In this document: piece by piece, positions 39,007 to 52,469 of the stretch
How the letters are laid out: the number at the start of each line of letters is the position of its first letter
Numbering within the stretch: the stretch's first letter is position 1
Origin: Entomortierella parvispora E1425
Taxonomy: Eukaryota; Fungi; Mortierellomycota
Assembly (NCBI GenBank): GCA_020891255.1
Contig: BQFW01000015.1
Location: 1,798,001-1,862,000, forward strand
Direction of reading: 5' to 3'
Length of the DNA: 64,000 nt
Translations under genes and position numbers: made by a program
The notes under the pieces: model-generated
The model's database searches: none
Told to the model about the DNA's origin: nothing
What the model saw: the letters and a program-made list of their open reading frames with translations, nothing else

Positions 39007-41612
39007 ATGGCCACCTACAAACAACGAACGCCTTATCAGCGTCAGCTGCATTCTGGGAGGGACTCGCCAGACCTCGACGTCCCTCGCGCTGCGGGCAGCA
39101 CCACAGCTTACCATCACCAACAGTCCAGCGCCTATTTCAACTCTCAGAACAGCCACTTGCACAACAGTGCAGCTGTCCAAACCGAGGACACTGTGCTCGA
39201 CAACACCTCGGACCAAGAATGGACTTCCATACGCCCTGCTGCCAGCGCTCGTGCCAAGGCTAGACAGCAACTCTTCCTCAGTCAGGAGCAGCAGAGGGCT
39301 CAGGAATGGAGCTTTGTGTTGGGTCAACACCGTCAGCAACGACCTACTGCACCGGTTTCACTCACAGCAACTACAGTGGCCCTTTCTGGGAACGCGGAAG
39401 AGAGTCACTCAGACCGCATAGCCGCTACTGCCCCAACAGAGACGATCCAGTCCCAGTCCTCTGATGAATTGGATGAAGTGAGGTCTAACGGAGATGTGAC
39501 CTCAGTCTTAACTAGCCCCCGCGCATATCACTTTGACGACAATGGTGCTGTTCCTAGACTTCGACGGCTAGACCGCATCAACAGCGCAGACCACTCTGTC
39601 AGCCTTGGTTTTTCAGATGTGACATCTGATGGACTCGAGGGTCTGGACGAGTCAGAGGATCTCTCGATCTGGTCCCAGGACGACGACGATGCTCTCTCCA
39701 CCTCGACCACGCCACTTTCCCGCCCACGCTCCTGGCGCTCTTCCCGCAACATGTACTCGCGCTCACCGTACTCGCCCTCCGCAGTGTCATACTCGTCGTC
39801 CACTTCTCTCAGTAACCTGGTTCACCCATCCTTTGCCCAGGCTGTTTCTGGAGCAGGAGCAGGAGCAGAGGCTGGAGCAGTGGAGGCCAAGATTCAGAAC
39901 AGAATGCCCTTGCACGATGGATCGGGTAATTTTATAGCTCTGTCACCAGGATCACTGCAGAGTGGTTCAGATCAGGAGTCTGATCTGGGATGGGATAGTG
40001 CCTCCTCCGTGGTGTCCTCTACATTCCGCACCCACCTATCCAGGGATTCAACCTCGCGGAGACCCAAGCGCTGGTCATCTACCGCCAGAGGCACCATTTC
40101 GCCCAGTGAGTTTGATACCGTGATTCACAACATTGCGCTGTTTCAAGGCCACCACGCTTCAAAGTCCAAGGGAGGCATGAACAACTTTGGTTCGCACGGG
40201 CAGTCTTCAGCTTATCGCCCACCTCTGCCTTCTACGACGCTTTCCATTCTAACAAGGAAGCCTGCAGTGCAGTCCAAGCTCCAGAACTGTAGTATCTACG
40301 AGTCCGAGATGGAGGATATTGATGCGATGGTCATCGACATTCCGTCCAAGCTTGGATGGATGCAGGTGTTTGAGCAGGCACTGCGGGCGTTTAACACGAA
40401 TGACACTGCGCTGGAAATTTACGACTCAACGGTGGTAAGTTCCGGCAAGAGAGTGTCCCATCGGGAGAGGGAAGGAGGAATGACGCCACCATCGTGTTTG
40501 TGCAATCAAGACTCGTGACGACAGGACCAGAGATCATGGTTGCTGACCCTAGCCCCCCTTTTTTTTTTTTTTTTTTTTTTTTGTTAATTCTCGCTACATC
40601 CTGTTGGTTGTGGCTGTAGATGAGCCCCATCAAGGCATTGGCTCAGACGAATCCAAGTGAGGACGTTGATTTGGTCGGACTGTCCAGGACTCTTGCGCCC
40701 GAAGTTCCTCAAGCCGTGAAGTCTAGGACTACGCGACCCTCACGTAGGACCTCAGTTTCAAACTCCTCCTCATCCTCCTCTGTTGCATCTACGACCAAGT
40801 CGACGCCGCAGATCAAGACTTTGAAGCAGCAGGTTTCTGGTACATCGCTCGGTGCACTCCAACAACTACAGAAACGTCACCGGGCTAATTATCAACAGCC
40901 CAGATGCACCTCTAGACCGATGGAATCCTTGACTCCTCGCGACCCAATGCAAGTGAACTTTTCGCCCACTGTTGGCGCTTCTCCTTGGATAACAAGTAGC
41001 GCCACCAGCTCCCAGAAGAGTAGCCCATCGCCTCCAAGCAGTTCGAAAGCAACCATGACTGGTCTTGGTCAAGACAGGTAAAAATAGACACCAGATTGTT
41101 TGCCTGGTTACGTTATTCACGCTCATGTTCCTAATCCAACCCACGTCAACTCCTTTTTACCACTTAGTTCAAAAGACTCGAATGTGCTGGTAGCCATGTT
41201 GTCAACCCTGCGGCGGTTCAGGGATCATGTCAAGTCGAACCTGATGCATCCCGAGTTTGGTGACGAGATTAGTTATGGCAGTGGTAGTTATTTCTCTGGC
41301 GATCTTGGAATCGAGTGGGCTACGGGCTATGGATCTCTGCCATCTGTGATACTCAGTCATCAAAGCCCTTCAAGTCCTGCTCTTGGTCCCAGTGGAACAG
41401 CGGATAGCAATAGCAGTGATGGACATCAGCGCCGTAACCATCAAAGGGCGGTGAGTGGATCGTCTTGGGCTACGTTCAGTGGCAGCGGTGGTTCAAGCCG
41501 ATCGAGCCAGGCTGCTTCTTCTGCCGTGAGGAGAATTGGGAGTGACTGTAGGCTAGAGAGTTTGCGACATGAACGAGTCAGGGCCCATGGACAGCAGCGA
41601 CTTGTTGAGTAG
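39007..41612 (+). CDS. Hypothetical Ser-rich, mostly disordered protein (exons 39007-40434, 40620-41077, 41168-41612; 776 aa)
   Basis: Three ORFs joined in phase by GT-AG introns 40435-40619 and 41078-41167. No family recognised. Confidence 0.75.
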
Positions 41613-42405
41613 TCATACATAGACAGACTGATCGATCGACACAGGACTCTCCGTTACGATTGAAATAAAATTGAAATTTTAGCCCAATTGCCAGACAGGG
41701 AATAGATGACCACAGAAGAGAGGACGACGGTCAGACAACGCGTCCTCTTTCGGAAGTCAAGAAGAATGGATGAGAGCCCTGGCTGGCTCGTTGGTTGACT
41801 GGCTGATGGCGTCTGGTCAGGCAGGTGGGCTGCGTGGAAGAGAGTGTGGAGAAGATCGAGAAGAGGGGTTGGGCCATGGGCCAATCAGTCTGATGAAAAC
41901 ATCGAGAGCATTTAAGAGGCAAGGGGGGGAGAAAGTGGAGAAGGAAGAGATTGGAGTCGAGCGGAAAAAAAGAAGGGAAAGAGGGAGATCTCATCTTTTT
42001 TTTTCTCCACAGTGACACAGACTTGGATGATTCCCGTTTTTTTTGGCCCACGGACGAACCGCCGAACAGGCAGCAAACAAAAGAGGAACTCGCTTTTGTT
42101 CATCTCTCTTTCTTTCTGTCTCTTCCATCTCTTCCATCTCTTCCATCTCCTCCATCTTCATTGCCCAGACTCCCTTTGTTGCGCTCTTCATTCCCTTGTT
42201 CATTCCCAACACGACGCAAGTAAGTGCATTTCATTGAGAGCAGACACCGACACCGTGCCTGAAACACACCGACGGGTCGAAATTCACTCCCCCACTCCCC
42301 TCCACTCTCCACTCATTTCTCCACAATCACTGCATACGTTCTTTTTTTTAACCACCCGACTTCTTTCTATCTCCATCAACAGAGAGTTCTTTGTCTTCTA
42401 CAGTC

Positions 42406-44443
42406 ATGGCCCTGCCCTCCTTACTTTCTGATCATGAGCAGCGAGCCTTTTCTGACTTTCTGACCCAGCTCAACCACGACGAGCAAAACCATGCGTCAAG
42501 GGTGAGCAACGGAGCTCCTGCCGTTTCATCGGGTGGACCGCATCCACTGATTGACCCGTCTCTCTCCCAGGAGCAGTTGCAGCAACACCTCTACTTGCGC
42601 CATCTTCAGCAGCAGCAACAACAACAACAGCAGCAGCATTCCTCTGCTACACAAGACAATGGACACGGCGGAGTTTTCGGCGGCCCTTTCCCGACCTCTG
42701 GCTCGTCATTGGCCCCAGCGCCTTCCCTGGAGCAGCAGCAGCGCGAGTGGATCCACCATCTTAGCTCCAACCCTCTATTGGCACCAGGGGGAGTGATTGA
42801 TCCCCATGCAATGAGCCAGGCGTTTCTTCAGAACCCGCAATTGATGGCTCAAGCCAATGCCATCTCTCAAGCCATGATGATTGCACAGCACCAACAACAA
42901 ATGTTACAGCATCAACAACAACAGCAGCAGCAACGGGAACAGGAACAACGGCAGCAGCATCAACAACAACACTATCAGATCTCTGATGGTCCCCACGATC
43001 GCCAACAACATCAACCACACCACCAACATCAACAAATCCATCATCAGCAGAGTTCGTACCACGCAAGTGCCACCTCTTCCGAGGTCCCGAGTCAGTTCCC
43101 GGGCCAAGATCAACATCCCTCGCCTCCACAAGAGTATCAGCTCCCACATTCGCACCGCCCGCAGGTACCGTCGCTCTCGTCCCCAAACCTAAATCTCACG
43201 AGATCTGGCCCCAAAGAAAAGAGCACTCCCCATAATGGTTACGCCAATGACCCCACATCGGCACCCCAAATGACAGGCCACAACAACAATAATAACGGAC
43301 ATGGTCAATTGAACGACGCAGCGTTGCATTCATTCAACAGGACTTTTGACAACGATTACGGCAACGAGAGCGATCCCTCTCCCCCTCCTTCAAAGAAAGC
43401 GGCGAGGCGGAAAGAATCGACTGCAACTTCGTCTCCTTACGATTCGCCCAAAGCCAAGAGCACCCATCGTTCCAGTCGTGATGGCCATGATACAAACAGA
43501 GCGGTAGGCAGTCGAAAATCCAGCAGTGCTTCTTCTTTTCCCGTCCAGAGTGGAGGGATGAATGGCTACAAGCGTGAGAGTCTGGATGAATCTGGATTCC
43601 TGAACCATCAGCACATACGCCAGAACTCTGCTGGACAAAACTCGGACGACGAAAGCGGAGAACAGGAACGGAGCACTTCACCTCAAACAAAAGCACAAGG
43701 GGGGTCTTCAAAACCCTCGGGCAAGAAGGCACCCCACGAACTCTTGACCGATGCAGAGAAGAAAGCCAACCACATTGCCTCTGAACAGAAACGACGTCAG
43801 AATATCCGGGTTGGATTCGATTGTCTGGTCGAAATTGTTCCCACGTTGAGCGAATGCCATCGGAGCGAGGCTCTGATCCTGCAAAAATGTACGTTGGTTG
43901 TTTTTCTGTTTAATGAGGAAGTTGTTTTAGGATGAAGGGTGAACAGAAAAAAAAAATGAGGGCGCAAAAAGATGCATGATTTTCGGCAAGATCCGATAGT
44001 TGGATTTCCTCTAACAAGCAAATGTTCGCACGCACGCCATCTGCTTTCCCCCCTTTTTATTATATTTCATACAGCTGTGGATTACATTCATCGACTGCTC
44101 AGCCAAAAGAACGAACTCGAGAGCAAAGTGCGATATTTGCAAGCGAACTTGGGCGAACCAAACGAGCAGTTCCTGGACCAGTCTGTAAGTGTGTTTTTCT
44201 TCTCTTTGTACGCCCATCTTGTTTTCTATTTCTTTGTGTCCCCGTTTTTGTTTTCTGTCCCACTGCACCACGGCGCCAAGAGCAGACAGCCAAACTCTTT
44301 ATCAGAAGAGTGGAGGAGCCGCTGTTTCTTTTTTCTTTTCTTTCAGACGTGACTTGAGTTTGCGGAAGAAACTGCAGGATCTCTTTCATTGACATTAACC
44401 TTCTTTGTACCCACAGGACTACTCGGACACTGAGATGAACTAG
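42406..44443 (+). CDS. bHLH transcription factor, Ino2/Ino4- or MLX-like (exons 42406-43888, 44075-44184, 44417-44443; 539 aa); probable 5' UTR intron 42220-42403
   Basis: Basic-HLH KKANHIASEQKRRQNIRVGFDCLVEIVPTL...SEALILQK|SVDYIHRLL with a short zipper; polyQ N-terminal half. Confidence 0.9.
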
Positions 44444-44961
44444 TCGCCACCACTCCATTGAAAGATGAATCCACCTCTTCTCGGACACATTTTACCGCTG
44501 CAACCGTGGTCACTCTTTCCCCCTAGCCGTGTCAACCGTTGCCACGGCATGTAAATATCCTGCCTCCTTCTTTCTCCCTTTACCCGTGTTCTGATTCAAA
44601 AAGTCATTAAAAAAGCAGTCCACCTTCAAGGCCAAGCCACCATCGAACACCGTCCTGTCGCGCCCTGTGGTTTTCTGTCGCTTGCATGTCCTTGTGTCTT
44701 CTCTTTGCTCCCTCCTCACATTCTTTCCATTCCCTCATCGTCCTTGGGCCTGCCCCTGTCTGCAGTTGCTGTGCTTGAGTCCTCCTTCCTTTTCCTGTCC
44801 CCTTACCTCTCCCCTTACACACTTCAACCCTAGTCAATCTACCTGCTGCCATCCCCCCCTTTTCGATTGTTCTTCTCGCACGCGCAACTTGTCTCCATCG
44901 CAACTCGCTTCACCAAGGCAATCCCTAGGACTCTGGAACTCGCCTAGTCCACACTCGAGCC

Positions 44962-47900
44962 ATGACTTCCGGTCTCTCCTCCTTTGCCCTCGGCGGAGGT
45001 GCTACTCAGAAGCAGCGTGTCTCTTACTTCTACGATGGTAAATACAGCCACTCTCATCCACCAGAACGCCCATCACGCAATGCTCTCTTTCAACCCTTTT
45101 TGACAATGACATGGAAGGAAGCTGGATCTCCTGCATCTGTCACAAATGAAATCTATACCCTGTTGAAGCTATCTATTGACCCCCTTCTTTTCATTATCAC
45201 ATAGACGATGTCGGAAACTATACATATGGTCTAGGTAAGAGAATCGATTGATGCTTCTACTGGCAACCATACTCTATGCGAATATGCGAATATTCGAATC
45301 AAATAGAAAAAAAGACTGACTCTTATCGACTGACAACTCTTTGCTGTCGATATCATAGGACATCCCATGAAGCCTCACCGTGTGCGCATGTGTCATAGCT
45401 TGGTGACTAACTATGGCCTCTACAAGAAGATGGATGTCATTGTAAGTGTCGCAAAAGCCGATAGTTCATATATTGAGAATATTTTTTGATTCCCCGTGGA
45501 GATTTTGACCTGGAACGCTTTGTTTTTGCCACCATTTAGCGCCCCAAGCGAGCGACAGCCCGCCAAATGACCCGCTTCCACAACGATGAGTACATTGACT
45601 TTCTTTACCGACTCACGCCAGAAATGGTTGGTGGTGAAGGAATGTCAGAGTCCACGAAGCACTTGTGTAAGAAGTCGTAGCTGCAACTGTGAAATGGATT
45701 AGCTATCAGCCAATATCGGCTTTGTTTCTGGAGTTTAGCACGTCCTAACTGTCTTTCCATTCCTCTCTCTTACTTCTACTTTAGTCAACCTTGGGGATGA
45801 TTGTCCAGTCTTCGATGGACTCTTCGAGTTTTGTTCAATCTCTGCTGGAGGATCAATTGCTGCTGCCAACAAGCTGACTCGAGGAGAATCCGACATTGCA
45901 ATCAACTGGGCAGGAGGGTTGCATCACGCTAAAAAGACCGAGGCATCAGGATTTTGTTACATCAACGACATTGTGTTGGCTATCCTGGAGCTCTTGCGAT
46001 TCCACCAACGTGTCCTCTACATCGATATCGATATTCATCATGGCGACGGAGTAGAAGAAGCCTTTTACACCACGGACCGTGTCATGACCGCCTCTTTCCA
46101 CATGACCGAGTTCTTCCCAGGAACAGGAAAGTTGGAAGAGACAGGTATCGGCAAGGGCAAGAACTATGCCGTTAACGTGCCTTTGCAAAAGGGCATGGAT
46201 GATTGGTCGTACCAAAATCTCTTTGAGCCTGTGAGTATTTCCATTTCTTTTTTTCCATTTCACCAATGATCTTGTTCCAATGATTATCAACTAATCGTCT
46301 ACATGCATGGCCAAATCTCTAGATCATCAAACATATCATGGAGTGGTATCGCCCCGGCGCAGTTGTGCTGCAATGCGGTGCAGATTCTTTGGCTGGAGAC
46401 AAGTTGGGATGCTTCAACTTGTCCATGAAGGGCCACGCCAACTGTGTAGCCTATGTCAAATCATTCGGCATTCCAATGATTGTGGTTGGAGGAGGTGGAT
46501 ACACCATTCGAAACGTGGCTAGAGCGTGGACCTTTGAGACGGCCGTGCTTCTCAATGAGCAGCTTCCTGAAGGTAAGATAAAGCTATTTTCTCTTTATAA
46601 AGGGCTTCCTGGTGATGGCAACTAACCCTCATCCCCTTCCTTTTCCTCTATTCTTTAGAACTTCCATTCAACTCTTATTTCGAGTACTACGGGCCTGAAT
46701 ATCGTCTGGATGTGCCTTCAAACAATATGAAGAACGACAACACCCCAGAAGACCTTCAAAACCTCAAGTACGGATACCAAGTTGTTCTATAGCTGATCAA
46801 ACTTATATGCGATCTAGCCATTACAGCTGATATTGACTCCATCTTTTAATTGTACTTAGGGCGCAGATCATTGAAAATCTTAGACATATCCCGTTCGCAC
46901 CGTCAGTTCAGATGCAGGAGGTGCCACGCGACTACACCTCATCAGATGATGAAGAGGATGAGGCTGACTATGATACCAGAATTACACGTAAGATATACTG
47001 CGCTGTTCACAACATGGTCTAGGGGTAATTGGCGCTGACAACAAATATCAATATTCAATGACCTTAGGTCGAATGGCAGACTCAAGGATTGTACCGGACT
47101 CTGAGCTGTCGGACTCTGAAGATGAAGATGGCAGGCGCAATACCCACGATGCCAGTGCATACTCAGCGGCGACTGCAGGCTCGCCCACCCTAGCAAACGC
47201 TGCTAGCTCGGGACGATTAAGCGGTCGTGTCACCACAACATCGGCAGCCCACAATTTTTCCAACCCTGGAGCGAATGGAACGGGCTCTATCCAGTCCAAC
47301 CTCGGTCGCAAGGCAACCATGACAACGTCATCGGATGCGACATCCGCAAAATCGAGCGCCGCTCAAGCAGAGTGGAGTACACCAGTCCCAGCAAAGTCAC
47401 ACAAGGCGGGCCATGGCACTGGCAGTACCTCTGTCTCTCGACGTGGTGGCCGTGGCGCTATTTCATCTGGTCAAAAGTCTAGCAAGGAATCACGACAGTC
47501 GCAGCCGCCACACTCACAGCAGACTTCCTATCCCGCGTCGTCCGGCAAGGGACGTGAGATCCATTCTAAAGAGTATCAGCCTAGGGACTCTCATACTCGC
47601 GAGATGTCACACCATGGACAGCCATTACCTCATTCTCAGCAGCCTGGTCACCCTTCTCAGGCTCCCTCTCACATGCAATCTATTCAAGCACCCCCACAAC
47701 ATGCACAGCAATCTTCAGGCTCGCACCACGGTTTAGGACGCGACCAACCACCAATGCAATTGCCTCCCCAGGCAATGCCTCCAAGGGAACATGGCATGCA
47801 TCGCGAGCATCAGCAACACCGCGATATGCAGATGCTGCGTGAACAAGAGCAGCGTGAGCTCGAGCAACGTGAGCACCATCATCATCAACTTCAACTTCAT

Positions 47901-48953
47901 CAACAGCGTAGAGCTACAGGAGGCACAGGTTCCAGCCGTGGCGGTTCAGAATTCCATGCACCCTACCCAGTTGATGATATGATGAGATATGGACCCCCAG
48001 GCAGTGGCGGACATCCAGGATACTCGCAGCACCCAAGCAGTATGCATTATGGACAGGGACCACCCCCACCACAGTCATCACAATTGCCACCGCCTCCTTC
48101 GCAGCCATTGCCCCACGGGCATCTTCACAGCGGAGGCATGCCTCATGGCGGACCCCATTCTCACTCACACCCTCACCCTCAGTCTATACATCACCATCCT
48201 CAGCATGGATCACATCCACAACACCTTCAGCATGGAGGACCCCCACCCCCTCACCATCACATGCAACCTCCTCATCCCTCTCACCCTCAGCATGGTCATC
48301 ACCATGGCCAAGGACCACCACCACCCTCTCATCACTATGCCGGTAGCGGCGGTGGTTCTGGCGGCAGTGGTAGTCGAGGTGGTAGCTCTGGTATGGGCTC
48401 CACGCGTCCTGGGTCTGGCAGCGGACCTCTCCCTGGCATGCATCCTTCCGGATATGGAGGTCCTGGTAGTGGCAGTGGCTATGGTGGATACATGCAAGAA
48501 AGGCACGAAGATGCCCCTCCTATGGGCCACAAGGACCGCAAAGATCATTACAAAGAGGGATCCAGCATGGATATTGATGATCCTCGTATGATGGACTCAC
48601 GTCCTCCACACCCCTCCCACGGGGGACCCATGGCACCCATGGGCCACCATTCTCATCCATCTCATGGAGGATCGATGGATTATGGTCGTATGATGCCTGG
48701 TGGACCAGCACCTCCTCCACCTCACTATAGTCATCGTCGTGGTGGAAGTCATGGCGGTAGTCAAGGCGACCTTCGAGGGGCTATGATGGGTGAACCTCCT
48801 GGTGGCCCCGCTCCTTACGGAGGCGGACCTGGAGGACCAGGCGGGCCAGGCGGTAGTGGAGGATGGGACCGAGAGAGGATGGATCGTGAACGTGAACGCG
48901 AACGCGAGCGAGAGCGAGAGAGACATCATGGATATCGGGGTCCAGCGCCCTAG
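44962..48953 (+). CDS. Class I histone deacetylase, Rpd3/Clr6/HDAC1-type, with a ~600-aa low-complexity tail (exons 44962-45037, 45205-45234, 45359-45441, 45540-45666, 45785-46230, 46323-46572, 46659-46767, 46860-46987, 47068-48953; 1044 aa)
   Basis: Contains [57 protein letters not shown] and ELSDSEDE. The spliced length of 3135 nt is in frame. Orthology to RPD3 versus a paralog is unresolved. Confidence 0.93.
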
Positions 48954-50500
48954 ATGTTTTTCTTAGGTCTGCTTCTTTGTGCTGCAGGTACCATCTCATC
49001 CAATCCTCTTTTTTCATTTCCCTTCTCATTTTTCATTCTTTCTTCCCATGTCCCTTACTGCCAAAGAAATATTAATAAAAAGAACAAAGAAAAAAAAAAA
49101 AGGGAACAGAGAACTGCACGATGATGGCATGCAAGCGGTTGGTGCTCCGATCCCCCGATCCAACCACAATCGAAAATTTAAGCTCTTTTGTTGACACGCA
49201 TCATTTTCTTGGCAGAGAAGGGAAAATCTTGGCAGCACAAGGACCACTTTTCTTGGCATGGAAAGAAAATCTCCTCGGAGCGAAAAGCAAGAGATACAGA
49301 CAGACAGAGAGCGGGAGATGGGCAGAGTGGCGGAGTGGCGATAAAGGCTCTTGACCTACAAACACCAGCCACACTTCTTTCAAGTCCCGGACAACCAGCC
49401 ACACCAATTGGTAAGCTTGTTTCCCTTGGCGTTTTGCGGGTAATCCTCACTCTGACGGTTGGACGTTGAACGTTGACAAGAGGTCTAGAAGGCAGGTAAA
49501 GAAGGATGGAGTGATAAAGCCGCAAGACGAGAACCTTTTGACCACTTCTGAGTTTTCCTTTTTTTTGCTTGACCACCGAGAGAAAATAGAGAGAGAGAGA
49601 GTAAGACATCAGAGGGAAAGAGACAGGTGGAGAGATCGTGACCAGAGAGGGCCTTGAAGATCGAGGTGAGGATAACGAAGGTAAACACCGCGTCTCGAAG
49701 CTGTGGGTGGTCAGTGTGTCAGTGTGTCTGTGTCTGCTCTTGTGGTGCTCATCCTACGGAAGTAAAAAGGTCCAGGTGGACAGCTGCCAAACTGCGCGTT
49801 GGGCTTTTTTTTTTAATGTTTCATTCTTATTTCACCACAGCCTGATTCCCGGCCAAGAGTCGATCTCTCTTCCCTCGGTGCTTTAATCGAACTAAGGTCT
49901 CCTAGGCCCATCCTCCCATTGCTTAGCAACTTGCTGCTGTTAATAGGGCTGCAGGTCATGTTGGTGTGCGACAGCAAAGACCTGACTGTGGTGATCGATC
50001 ATCTCACGAATGTATGTTTATCTGATGCACCCCTCGTGGCTGAGACGTTTCTTCAGCTGGGAAATCCCGCGGGACAGATGTGAGAGGAATTGTGGTGCGT
50101 CGCTGACCGTGTGATGCGATGCAAACAAGTGGCGGTGGCCATTTAGACAAACATCATGACACGGGAGTACAGTATGTAGAGGTATCTTCCAGAGTGGAGT
50201 ATTGGAAAAGCTTGGCCACACTGAGCATTCTGCCATGACATCTTTGGGTAGGTGGGTGGGTAGGTAGGAATGTTCGGATGGCCAAGAGTTTTCGATTTTC
50301 CCTGCCCACCCCTGGGCTGTTGGACAGACCAGATTCGATGGCCGCAGTGCGTGCGTGTGGTACGAGAGGTGCGTGTGCACTGACTGACAAACAAGCTTTG
50401 GACGTCTCCACGCCGCTTTTTGTCTCTGTCCAATTGACTTGATCGGTCAAACTCAGAGCACAGAGACAGCGGGTTTAAGCGGACACTCTCTCGGTCCAAA

Positions 50501-50507
50501 TATAAAA
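50501..50507 (+). promoter_or_regulatory. TATA box upstream of the RTA1-like gene
   Basis: TATAAAA about 240 bp before the ATG, followed by a CAA-repeat and C/T-rich leader. Confidence 0.5.
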
Positions 50508-50741
50508 CGACCCCAATTGCCCCTCATCGCCGTTTCCAGACCCATTCAACGCAACAACGTAACAACAACAACAACAACAACAACAACATCAACTGGAGCA
50601 GCACCGCAGTTCTCAACTTTAACCAACATTAGAAACCCGTATATAAACCCTCGCTCGCTCCTTCTCTTCCCTTCTTTTCTTCTCCCTCACGACAAATCTT
50701 CTTCTCCTCTCTCTCCCCGTTCCTCTAAAGTTCCTACAATC

Positions 50742-51521
50742 ATGTCCGTCTCTGCCGACTTGATCCTCTCGAGCATCTCTGCCGCTCTTTTTGGCGCGCT
50801 CTTCCTCCAATTTGCTTTCCGCTTTGCTCGCTCTCGCTGGTGGATCTACTTCTTCTGCGCTCTGTTCACCACGATCAGAATTGCAGGATATGGTCTTCGA
50901 GCTTTCATGGCCTCCGATTCGGCACCCGTCTACCCTACCACCGCTTGGATCAACTATTACATTGCCGAGACGACTCTCATGTCCGTTGGTGCGATCTTTA
51001 TTCTCTTGATCCTCGCTCGCCTTTACCAGTGCATCTTGCCCAAGCTCCGCTACAGAGATGACCAGGAGGCCCGCACTCTCTTTGAGAAGACCTTGGTCGA
51101 CCACACTCGCGTCTTCTTGTTGCCCGTTATTGGCTGCATCATTGCCGGTGCCGTCCTCGCCTCGTACACTGAGGATGCCAAAATGATGAATACCAGTTTG
51201 ATCCTCCGCAAGGTCTCCATGTTTGGATTGTTCGCCGTCAGTTTGATCTTCCTCGCCGCCGCCATCTCGTACCGTCGTCGCTACACTGAGCAATCTCGCG
51301 CTTTCACCATCTGTGTGGCCACCACTACGTTCTTTGTGCTTTCCATGATTTACAAGATTGTCTCAACCTTCAACGAGTCCGCCTTGAACTCTTTGCCTGC
51401 CTTCTACTTGTGCTCGACTCTTTTGGAGTTGATTGCCTTGGCCGCCTTGTGCGGTGATCTCCAGACCTACTTCTTGGGTCAGAAGAAGGACGAGTTGCCC
51501 AAGGGAATCGAGTTCAAGTAA
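50742..51521 (+). CDS. RTA1-like (lipid-translocating exporter family) multi-pass membrane protein, 259 aa, intronless
   Basis: About 7 hydrophobic helices; FTTIRIAGYGLRA resembles the RTA1 helix-2 motif; biased codon usage. Confidence 0.68.
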   Translation: MSVSADLILSSISAALFGALFLQFAFRFARSRWWIYFFCALFTTIRIAGYGLRAFMASDSAPVYPTTAWINYYIAETTLMSVGAIFILLILARLYQCILPKLRYRDDQEARTLFEKTLVDHTRVFLLPVIGCIIAGAVLASYTEDAKMMNTSLILRKVSMFGLFAVSLIFLAAAISYRRRYTEQSRAFTICVATTTFFVLSMIYKIVSTFNESALNSLPAFYLCSTLLELIALAALCGDLQTYFLGQKKDELPKGIEFK

Positions 51522-52469
51522 AAAAAAAAGAACAAAAGGATACTTGTCTTTTTTATTTATTTTTGATTCCTTTTGGTCTTGCACCCATCGTTTGTTTCTA
51601 CAAAAAACATATATATACCATAGGGCTTCATCTTCATCTGCTCTACCCTTCATCATCAATATCCATAATGACCTTCTCATAAAGCCGAATAATAAAAATC
51701 AAAAAATCATCAGGTCCTTTGTTATTTTCAGATGCTTTTTGTTTAGATCTCGACTTTCGATAGGAGCATCGATCCTGGAGCGATACCCAAAAACAAGTAT
51801 TCTTTTTCTGGGAAGAAATCTTCCCTTGGACGGGCGAGGCTTTTGTTCTGGGAGGAAGGAAGGAGGCTTTGACCTCTCTGGGAAGAGGTTATTTTGGTTT
51901 AAGCATTTTTTGGCTTTTTTTTTGTCATGACCACATGCTTGGGTTGGGATTGCGTCCCCATGGACAACAGATCAGCCGAAAGCAGTTGCCAACTGGCATT
52001 GCTGACCTTGAAAGCTCTGATTTAGGGAGGTCAAAATGCGGCGTGTGTCACCGAGCGTTCCTTTTTTTTTAAAAAAAAAAATAAAAAAAGCGAGAAAGCA
52101 CCTGCTGCCAGGGGAGGCACGGCTATGTTCATATTTTTCCAGGACGTTCAACTTCCGTGTGCTGGTGCTTATTCGGAAGGGACATCCGGGAACTCAATAG
52201 GGGGCCCTGAGAAAACAAATAAAAGGTATCTATTATAGCTGCTCGGAAAATAATCCGAAGAATGTCTCCAATGACCTTTTGTCTTTGTGTCTTATTATCG
52301 TGGTCACATCAAACTACGCCGCCGATGGCGGCACGATTGGAAAAGCTACAAGGAAAAAACTATTACCGTGTCAAGAAGGATACAAAGGTTCTCGGATATC
52401 CCAAAGGTGCATCCCGCAAATGACAAAGGTATTTCACGAATGACACAAACTTGCCAAAGGCACGCTGTT

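Noticed and set aside
45273-45299. ATGCGAAT-like 8-mer repeated three times in HDAC intron 2
   Set aside because: Short and degenerate; most simply explained by replication slippage.
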